Below, piece after piece: positions 56,186 to 64,000 of a DNA stretch of 64,000 nucleotides. The translations under genes were made by a program, and so were the position numbers. The DNA lies in NCBI GenBank assembly GCA_964457335.1, contig CAYWGD010000023.1, forward strand, positions 1,127 through 65,126, written 5' to 3'. Each line of letters begins with the position of its first letter. The first letter of the stretch is position 1. This DNA comes from an uncultured Enterobacteriaceae bacterium (GTDB lineage Bacteria > Myxococcota_A > UBA796 > SXON01). Under the pieces are notes generated by a model. The model was not told the DNA's origin. It saw only the letters and a program-made list of their open reading frames with translations, and did not search any database.

Positions 56186-58770
56186 CCTGCATTTTCGCCC
56201 TCCTCGCGACGGCGCTCGCCCAGGAGCCGACGACGGGCGCCACCCCCGCGCCGGAACCCGCCGTCGTCCCGCCCGTCCTGGCGCAGTTCGTCGAGGCGCC
56301 CTGGCCGCCGGACGCGCCGCCCGATCCGGTCGAGGTGGTGCTCCGATTGACGATCGACGAGGGGGGCGGGGTCACGGACGCCGCCGTGGTCACGTCGGGC
56401 GGCCCCGGCTTCGACGAAGCCGCCGTCGGCGCCGCGCGCCAGTTCGTGTTCTCGCCCGCCACGCGCGGCGGCGTACCCGTCCCCGTGGTCCTGGACTTCT
56501 CGTACCGGTTCGCGCTCGCCCCCGCCCCCGCCGCGCCGGAAGCGGCGCCCGCCGCGGAGTCCCCCGTCCGCATCGACGGCGTGGTGCGGCAGATGGGCAC
56601 CGGTCGTCCCCTCGCGGACGTGCTCGTCGCGGCGGGAGACACGTCCGCGCGGACCGACGCGGAGGGTCGTTTCGCCCTGCGCGGAGTCCCGGACGGCGCG
56701 TCCGTCGTCAACCTGACGCGGACCGGCTTCGTGCCGAGCCGGGAGACGATCACGCTCGGTGCGGGCGAGGCCGCGCACGTCACGTGGTGGGTGAAGGCCG
56801 AGGAATGGGCCGAGACCGAGGTCGTCGGCACCTGGGACAAGCCGCGCGACGAGGTCGTCCGCTACTCGCTGTCCATGTCGGAGGTCCGGAAGGTCCCGGG
56901 CACGTTCGGCGACCCCATCCGCGTCGTCGAGACCCTGCCCGGCGCCGCCCGGCCCGCGTTCGGCACGGGCGAGCTCATCATCCGCGGGTCGAACCCCGAG
57001 GACACGGGCATCTACGTCGACGGCATCCGCATCCCGCGGATCTACCACCTCGGCGGCTACGAGTCGGTCATCGCCCCCGAGCTCGTCGGGGACGTGCAGT
57101 ACTTCCCCGGGGACTTCGGGGTCGAGTACGGGCGGTCGACCGGCGGGGTGGTGAACGTCGTGTCGAAGACCGACTACGGCGACCAACCCCGCCTCGTCTG
57201 GTCGACCGACTTCCTCGACAGCGGCGGCGTGTTCACCGGTCGCTTCGGCGACCACGAGGTGGGCATCGCGGCCCGGCGCTCCTACGTGGACGCGCTGCTC
57301 TCCCTGGTGCCCGTCGGGTCGTTCGCGTCGCCGGTTTGGAGCGACTACCAGCTGCGCTACGCCTGGAAGGGCCGGAAAGACATCGACCTCTCCTTCTTCG
57401 CGCTCGGCATGTGGGACAGCCTGAAGGTGTCCCTGCCGGAGGGCGGGTTCGGGCGCGGGAGCCTCGACGACGACGGCGTCGCGAGTAGCACGATGGCGCA
57501 CCGCCTGATCGGGCGCCTCGCGTGGCGGCCCGCCTCGACGTGGGAGCTGAGTGTCACCCCGTCGGTGGGCGTCGACGTCGACTCCTCCTCCTTCGGCGGC
57601 CCCTTCGCCTCCGACACCGAGAAGTGGGAGGGGAGCCTCCGCGCCGAGGCCGCCTGGACGCCCTCGCCGCGGGTGGACGCCGTCGTCGGCGTGGACGCCA
57701 TGGTCGGCACCAACGACAGCGCCTCGCAGGTGCCCACGGGTGGCGGAGGCGGCTTCGGTCCCGTGGGGGGCGGCGCCGACGGCGAGCGGGACGACACGGA
57801 GGAGGACGGCGCGGAGGACGACACCGACGTGTCCAACACGTTCACCCAGTGGTCGCCCGCCCTCTACGCCCGCGTCCGCGTGCGACCGCTCCGCGATCCC
57901 GACGCGCTCGTCATTACGCCGGGCCTGCGCCTGGAGACCGACCTCACGGAGTACGGCGACGCCGTGAGCCTCGATCCCCGCCTGTCCGTGCGGTGGAAGC
58001 CGACGGGTTGGCTGGCGTTCACGGCCGGCGGCGGCCGCACGACACAGGCGCCGCAGGTGACGGATCGCACCGAGTTGGACGGCACCGCGAGCGGTGTCAC
58101 CCCGGAGCACGCCTGGTCCGCCTCGGCGGGCGCCGAGCTCACGCCGCTCGACGGGGCGCTGCGGCTCACCGTGACCGGGTTCGACAAGTACATGTACGAC
58201 CTGGTCGTCAGCGGCGACGAGTTCGGGTTCGGGGAGTGGGCGAACAGCGGCGAGGGGCGTGCGTACGGGCTCGAGGCGATGGCGAAGCTCGAGCCCTTCC
58301 ATGGCGCGTTCGGTTGGGTGTCCTACACGTTGTCACGGAGCGAGCGGAAGGACGACGAGGACGACGCCTGGCACCGCTACGAGTACGATCAGACCCACAA
58401 CCTCGTCGCCGTGGCCGGCTACCACCTCCCGTGGGAGATCGACGTCGGCGGGAAGTTCCAGTACACGACGGGGAACCCCTACACCCAACAGTCCCCGGGC
58501 GACTTCGACGTGGACACCGGACGTTACACGCCCACCTCCGGGGAGGAGAACGGCGCCCGGCTGCCCCCCTACTACGCGCTCGACCTGCGCATCGAGAAGG
58601 GCTTCACCTTCAAGCGCGCCCATCTCGGCGTCTACGCCGACTTCCTCAACGTCGTGAAGGGGGACAACCCGGAGTACGTCCTCTACAACTACGACTACAG
58701 CGAGGTCGGGTACGTCTCGGGCCTCCCCTTCATCCCCAACCTCGGTTTCGACCTGGAGGTGTTGTTTTGA
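56182..58770 (+). CDS. TonB-dependent receptor with N-terminal TonB_C-like and carboxypeptidase-regulatory-like domains
   Basis: The ATG overlaps the tonB stop. Signal peptide, then TonB_C-like segment (PVEVVLRLTIDEGGGVTDAAVV.SGGPGFDEAAVGAARQFVFSPA). CarboxypepD_reg-like segment (IDGVVRQ.GTGRPLADVLV…TDAEGRFAL.GVP.G). Plug (VPGTFGDPIRVVETLPG…IIRGSNPEDTGIYVDG). Large barrel ending …GFDLEVLF. Confidence 0.85.
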   Translation: MTCIFALLATALAQEPTTGATPAPEPAVVPPVLAQFVEAPWPPDAPPDPVEVVLRLTIDEGGGVTDAAVVTSGGPGFDEAAVGAARQFVFSPATRGGVPVPVVLDFSYRFALAPAPAAPEAAPAAESPVRIDGVVRQMGTGRPLADVLVAAGDTSARTDAEGRFALRGVPDGASVVNLTRTGFVPSRETITLGAGEAAHVTWWVKAEEWAETEVVGTWDKPRDEVVRYSLSMSEVRKVPGTFGDPIRVVETLPGAARPAFGTGELIIRGSNPEDTGIYVDGIRIPRIYHLGGYESVIAPELVGDVQYFPGDFGVEYGRSTGGVVNVVSKTDYGDQPRLVWSTDFLDSGGVFTGRFGDHEVGIAARRSYVDALLSLVPVGSFASPVWSDYQLRYAWKGRKDIDLSFFALGMWDSLKVSLPEGGFGRGSLDDDGVASSTMAHRLIGRLAWRPASTWELSVTPSVGVDVDSSSFGGPFASDTEKWEGSLRAEAAWTPSPRVDAVVGVDAMVGTNDSASQVPTGGGGGFGPVGGGADGERDDTEEDGAEDDTDVSNTFTQWSPALYARVRVRPLRDPDALVITPGLRLETDLTEYGDAVSLDPRLSVRWKPTGWLAFTAGGGRTTQAPQVTDRTELDGTASGVTPEHAWSASAGAELTPLDGALRLTVTGFDKYMYDLVVSGDEFGFGEWANSGEGRAYGLEAMAKLEPFHGAFGWVSYTLSRSERKDDEDDAWHRYEYDQTHNLVAVAGYHLPWEIDVGGKFQYTTGNPYTQQSPGDFDVDTGRYTPTSGEENGARLPPYYALDLRIEKGFTFKRAHLGVYADFLNVVKGDNPEYVLYNYDYSEVGYVSGLPFIPNLGFDLEVLF

Positions 58771-59678
58771 TGCTGCTCACCCTGGCGAGCGCGTGTTCGT
58801 CGCCCCAATTCACGCAAGAGTGGCTCGTCGACCGGACGCGCGTGCTCGCCGTCCGGGCCGAGCCTCCCGAGGCCGCGCCCGGCGCGATGATCACCTTGTC
58901 GGCCCTCGTCGTCGATCCCAACGGCGAACCCGAGGTCGCGTGGGTCGCGTGCACCGTCCCGATCGACTGCCCCGACTACGCGGCGGTGCAGGCGCTCGCC
59001 GGCACGGACACGAGCACGCTCACCGCGGAAGAGCTCGCCGCCTGGCAGGCGGACGCCGCCGCGGCGGGCTTCCTCGCATTCGGGGCTGGCTTGTCCCCCA
59101 CCCTCCTCGTCTCGGGCGGCGGGCCCCCCGACGGGCCCCCGGACACCGGGCCCCCGGACACCGGGCCCCCGGACACCGACGTCCCCGACAGCGGCTCCGC
59201 GGACACGGGCGCCCGCCCGACGACCTCGGAGCTCACGATCGTCCTCGACGTCGTGCCCGCTGGCAATTCACTCGCCGATGTCACGTTGGGAGACGCGGCG
59301 GCGACCGAGATCGCCACCAAGAGCGTGACCGTGTCCGACTCGGAGGCGCCGAACGCGAACCCCGTCGTGGCCGCGCTGAGATTCGACGGGGAGAGCGGAG
59401 CGACGGTGAGCCGCGGCGCGGTCATCCCGCTGGAGGCGACGCTCACGGACGGCTCCACCGAGTCCTACGTCGACGCGGACGGCGAAACGCAGACCGAAAA
59501 GCCCACGTTCGGCTACTACGTGTCCGGCGGCTCGCTCATGCAGAGCAGCGCCTCCGCGGACAACCCCGAGGTCTCCTGGACGGCGCCCGAGACCACCGGA
59601 ACGGTGAACGTCTGGGTGGTCGTCCGTGACGGGCGTGGGGGGATGGATTGGAAGGCGGCCACGGTGACGGTCGACTGA
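58770..59678 (+). CDS. Lipoprotein of unknown function, co-transcribed with the receptor
   Basis: The ATG overlaps the receptor stop. Lipobox LTLASAC. Contains a (GPPDT)x3 repeat. Confidence 0.65.
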   Translation: MLLTLASACSSPQFTQEWLVDRTRVLAVRAEPPEAAPGAMITLSALVVDPNGEPEVAWVACTVPIDCPDYAAVQALAGTDTSTLTAEELAAWQADAAAAGFLAFGAGLSPTLLVSGGGPPDGPPDTGPPDTGPPDTDVPDSGSADTGARPTTSELTIVLDVVPAGNSLADVTLGDAAATEIATKSVTVSDSEAPNANPVVAALRFDGESGATVSRGAVIPLEATLTDGSTESYVDADGETQTEKPTFGYYVSGGSLMQSSASADNPEVSWTAPETTGTVNVWVVVRDGRGGMDWKAATVTVD

Positions 59679-59682
59679 GCCG

Positions 59683-60381
59683 TCACCGGCGGATCCCGAG
59701 CTGGTAGCCCGTGCCGCGCACCGACTTGATCAGGTCGGGATCCGCGCCCGCGTCCCGGAGCTTCCGGCGTATGCGGGCCACGTGGATGTCGACTCCGCGG
59801 TCGACACCGTCGTAGGCGATTCCGCGCAGGCCCGCGTAGAGCTCGTCCCGCGAGACGGGTTGGCCCACCCGTGTCGCGAGGTGCCAGAGGAGGTCGAACT
59901 CGGCGCCGGTCAGCGGCAGCGCCGCGTTGCCCACGCTGGCCGTGCGGATCGCCCGGTCGATGACCAGTCCGCCCAGCTGGAGGTAGTCGACGCCCGTGGC
60001 GCTCGCCGCCGCGCGTCGCAGGACGGCGTTCACGCGCGCGAGGAGTAGCCGCGGATCGACGGGCTTGGTCACGTAGTCGTCTGCGCCCATCTCCAGGCCG
60101 ACGATCTGGTCGACGTCGGTGCGGCGCGCCGTGAGCATGATCACCCGGCCCGGGAAGGTCGGTCGGATCCGCCGGAACACCTCGAGCCCGTCCAATCCGG
60201 GGAGCATCAGGTCGAGCAGGACCACGTCCGGACACACCTCGAGCACGCGCCCCGCGGCTCGGTCGCCGCGCGTCTCGTGCGTCACCACGAAGCCGTGGCC
60301 GCGAAAGTACTCGACGAGGAGCTCGCCGAGGCGGAGATCGTCCTCCACGACGAGCAGGCGGGGGCCTGTCACTTGTGTCAT
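59683..60381 (-). CDS. Response regulator, OmpR/PhoB family
   Basis: LLVVEDD…VVLLDLMLPGLDG…MLTAR…GADDYVTKP receiver domain, plus a winged-helix C-terminus (LTGAEFDLLWHLA…VDIHVARIRRKL…IKSVRGTGYQL). ATGA overlap with the upstream gene. Confidence 0.9.
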   Translation of the reverse strand: MTQVTGPRLLVVEDDLRLGELLVEYFRGHGFVVTHETRGDRAAGRVLEVCPDVVLLDLMLPGLDGLEVFRRIRPTFPGRVIMLTARRTDVDQIVGLEMGADDYVTKPVDPRLLLARVNAVLRRAAASATGVDYLQLGGLVIDRAIRTASVGNAALPLTGAEFDLLWHLATRVGQPVSRDELYAGLRGIAYDGVDRGVDIHVARIRRKLRDAGADPDLIKSVRGTGYQLGIRR

Positions 60382-61097
60382 CCTCCCGACGCGGCCGGCT
60401 CGGCCGGCGCGGGGGACGCAGCGGGCGCGGCCGGCGCCGGCACGTAGACGCGCCGGAGGAAGATCACCTCGTCGCTCCCCGTCGACGCCTCCGCGACGAC
60501 GATCAGCGTGTCGCCCTGCCGGAACAGCGTCTCGGTGAGGATTGCGCCCTTCGCCTTTCGCTCCAGGGCCACCCCGAACTCCGTCATCCGCGCGCGCACG
60601 CGCATCACCCCCGCGGGCGTGGTCACCTTGGCAGCGGGCCCACCCACGACCAACGTGACGGGCGGCGTCGGTCCCCACGCCACGGTGAGGCCGTCGTCCG
60701 TCGGGGAGACCTGCAGGCCAAAGGTCCCGCCGAGCAGGAGGCCCGCCAGCAGCGCCGGTCCTTCGGGAGGCCGTCCGGAACCGTCCCCGTCGGGGGCGCC
60801 TCCCGGCGGCCCGCCCATGCCACCACCCGGCGGCCCGCCGTCCATGCCACCACCCGGCGGTCCGCCGCCCATGCCACCACCCGGCGGCCCGCCGCCCATG
60901 CCACCGCCCGGCGGCCCACCCCCCATCCCGCCCCCCGGCGGCCCCTTGCCACCACCGCCCGGCGGCGGCTTCCCCATCGGAGCGAGCGCCGCGAGCGCAC
61001 GCTCGGTCGCGTCGCTGCGCGACACGTCGAGCCGCCAGGCGCCGGCGAGATCGTCGGCGGGGCCCGCCAGGGCGGTGGAGAGCAGCAAGAACCACAT
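60378..61097 (-). CDS. Secreted protein with (PPGGGMGGG)n repeats and a C-terminal globular domain
   Basis: ATG 61097 gives MWFLLLSTALAGPADDLAG (signal-peptide-like). Five to six GPPGGGMGG repeats. C-terminal roughly 120 aa non-repetitive (…GLQVSPTDDGLTVAWG…FGVALERKAKGAILTETLFRQGDTLIVV…). Confidence 0.7.
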   Translation of the reverse strand: MWFLLLSTALAGPADDLAGAWRLDVSRSDATERALAALAPMGKPPPGGGGKGPPGGGMGGGPPGGGMGGGPPGGGMGGGPPGGGMDGGPPGGGMGGPPGGAPDGDGSGRPPEGPALLAGLLLGGTFGLQVSPTDDGLTVAWGPTPPVTLVVGGPAAKVTTPAGVMRVRARMTEFGVALERKAKGAILTETLFRQGDTLIVVAEASTGSDEVIFLRRVYVPAPAAPAASPAPAEPAASGG

Positions 61098-61126
61098 GCG
61101 ATGAATCCTTTGGTGAGGGATGGCGA

Positions 61127-62140
61127 TCACCGGTCGAGCAGCCGCGTCATCTCGAGGGTGAAGGAGAAGTTGGGGAGGTGGACGAGGCCGTCCGCGGACA
61201 CGACCTCAGGCGGGGCCGGGCCGAAGGCGGGCGCCGCCATCGCGAAGGCGCGCTGCACGCAGTCGTCCACGGGGTTGCTGCCCGACGGACGGGTGACGAC
61301 GAAGCCGTCGAGGGCCCCGTCCGCGCGCAACACGACGCGCACGCGTGTCACGTACACCGGCCTGGACAGGCCGAGGCGCGGTGACAGGTTGTCGACGTAT
61401 CGGGACCAGTAGAAGTTGACCTGCCGGCGGATGTGGTTCAGGTACCGAGCGCCCGGCAGCGCCATCGTGTTCAGCGCGAGGGAGTCCCCGATCGCCTCGT
61501 CGAGCAGGTCGTTCTGGGGCGCTCCGATTGCCACGGCATCCTCGGCTTGGGCGCCCGCGGAGGTGCCGGGGCCCGGCAGGCGCGCCGGCAGCCACTTCGA
61601 CGGAAGCAACGTGCGGGGTGGACCACCGGGGCCGGGCAGCGGCTCGGAGGCGTCCGCGGTCGGCGTAGCATCCTCCGCCTGGGTTGGATCCGACGAACCG
61701 CCCGTCTCGGCGTCGGGCCGCGACTCCGGGGAGTACGTCGGCGCCACCACCTCGGGGTTGACCTCGAACTTCTCGGTGCGCGACTCCCGCTCCACGCGAT
61801 TGTCGTGCTCCGCGACGTAGTCGGCGTCCTCGGGAGCCTTCTCCTCCGCGGGAGGCGGCGTCTCCACGAGCTGCCGCGGCCGGGCAACTGGAGTTGGTTC
61901 CTGCGGCGGCGGTGGCGTCCGGGCCCGCTCCTTCAGGGCCTCCATGGATGGCACGTCGAGGGTGTCCGCGTCCACGAACGTGACATTCATTGGCGCGTCC
62001 ACGGGCGCTTGGAGGCGCCCGAACCACCGCGCCGCCAGGGGAAGCACCAACAGGTGCACGAGCAGCGAGAGGAGCACGACCACGACGATGGCCGTGGCGC
62101 GCGTGGATGTCGGGGGGCCCGCTGTTCGCATGGACGTCAC
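61127..62140 (-). CDS. TonB_C-like domain membrane protein
   Basis: N-terminal TM (AIVVVVLLSLLVHLLVL), Pro/Glu-rich linker, and a C-terminal block (YLNHIRRQVNFYW…VRVVLRADGALDGFVVTRPSGSNPVDDCVQRAF) resembling TonB C-terminal domains. Confidence 0.6.
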   Translation of the reverse strand: MTSMRTAGPPTSTRATAIVVVVLLSLLVHLLVLPLAARWFGRLQAPVDAPMNVTFVDADTLDVPSMEALKERARTPPPPQEPTPVARPRQLVETPPPAEEKAPEDADYVAEHDNRVERESRTEKFEVNPEVVAPTYSPESRPDAETGGSSDPTQAEDATPTADASEPLPGPGGPPRTLLPSKWLPARLPGPGTSAGAQAEDAVAIGAPQNDLLDEAIGDSLALNTMALPGARYLNHIRRQVNFYWSRYVDNLSPRLGLSRPVYVTRVRVVLRADGALDGFVVTRPSGSNPVDDCVQRAFAMAAPAFGPAPPEVVSADGLVHLPNFSFTLEMTRLLDR

Positions 62141-62359
62141 GGGATCCGGAGGTGGGCGCCAGACGGCGTGGTGCCCGTGCCAGCGCCCGGCGGCGCCCGC
62201 GGCGGGGCCGCGGCCACCCTCGTCTCAGGGAGGCGCGTCGGCGCGCGACGGAGGCACCCGAGCCGCCGACGATGGCGACGCCACCCTTGTCGCCGCGACG
62301 CGGAGCGGTCGCCCACACGAGCCCGTACGCGCCGAGGATGCCGACCGGACATCGCGCGC

Positions 62360-63573
<1,214 letters not shown>

Positions 63574-63577
<4 letters not shown>

Positions 63578-64000
63578 GCGGCCCTCTCGTCCTTGGCGAT
63601 GCGGCCGTCCTGGAACGTGACGACGCGCGGGGTGTAGACGGCCATCTCCGGCTCGTGGGTGACCATCAGGATGGTGATGCCGCGCTCCTGGGAGAGCTCC
63701 TGGAGGAGGCGCATCACCTCGTGGCTCGTCTTGGAGTCGAGGTTGCCCGTCGGCTCGTCGGCGAGGAGCAGGTCGGGGCGGATGACGAGCGCGCGCGCGA
63801 TGGCGACGCGTTGCTGCTGACCGCCCGAGAGCTCGCTCGGATAGTGCCCGACGCGGTGGCCGAGCCCCACGTCGCGCAGCGCTTCGAGCGCGCGGAGGCG
63901 TCGCTCGCGGGCGCCGACCCCCCGGTACACGAGCGGCAGCTCCACGTTCTCGAGCGCGGTGCTCCGCGGGAGGAGATGGAAGCCCTGGAAGATGTAGCCG
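63574..64000 (-). CDS. ABC transporter ATP-binding protein (MacB/LolD-like), 5' partial at window edge
   Basis: [27 protein letters not shown] (Walker B) and H-loop MVTHE. The frame continues to the window end ([20 protein letters not shown]). The stop overlaps the permease start. Confidence 0.9.

Overview
High-G+C bacterial chromosomal segment. The gene content looks Myxococcota-like: many lipoproteins with a Cys lipobox, FG-GAP/MopE-like and LRR surface proteins, GldF/GldG, an Oar-like TonB-dependent receptor, and propeller-type sensor kinases. Most long ORFs on the six-frame track are high-GC artefacts. About 55 coding regions can be supported by recognisable motifs, start-codon/RBS context and translational coupling (ATGA/GTGA overlaps).

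Housekeeping anchors: mscL, def-fmt, rpe, tRNA-Pro(CGG).

Main items:
1. Left edge: a 5'-partial polymorphic-toxin-like gene. Its lower-GC C-terminal module and a tightly coupled HEAT-type immunity-like gene lie between two near-identical 409-bp direct repeats. The second repeat is an orphan toxin-gene fragment joined directly to a truncated, frameshifted AlkA-type glycosylase remnant.
2. A structured intergenic repeat family with 3 clear copies and 1 partial copy. The conserved hairpin differs by a G/C swap that preserves pairing.
3. A SnoaL-like / ThDP enzyme / KAS III / membrane-protein operon. The ThDP gene carries an apparent frameshift.
4. A single roughly 920-aa ORF that appears to fuse radical-SAM-like, glycosyltransferase-like and methyltransferase domains.
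5. A DegT-type aminotransferase plus two SPASM-like radical SAM genes, divergent from two tandem paralogous NPP-type phosphodiesterase/BNR lipoproteins.
6. A Fur-family regulated metal-transport locus with a shared 29-nt candidate operator.
7. A decayed region next to tRNA-Pro: a 15-nt duplication of the tRNA 3' end, vapBC and gene remnants.
8. A two-component system whose regulator and kinase are separated by an opposite-strand exbB-exbD-tonB-receptor block. The module is bracketed by an intact and a decayed copy of a PGGGMGGG-repeat protein gene.

No CRISPR array, rRNA, integrase, transposase or reverse transcriptase was recognised. All family assignments come from motifs read by eye and from memory; no searches were run.
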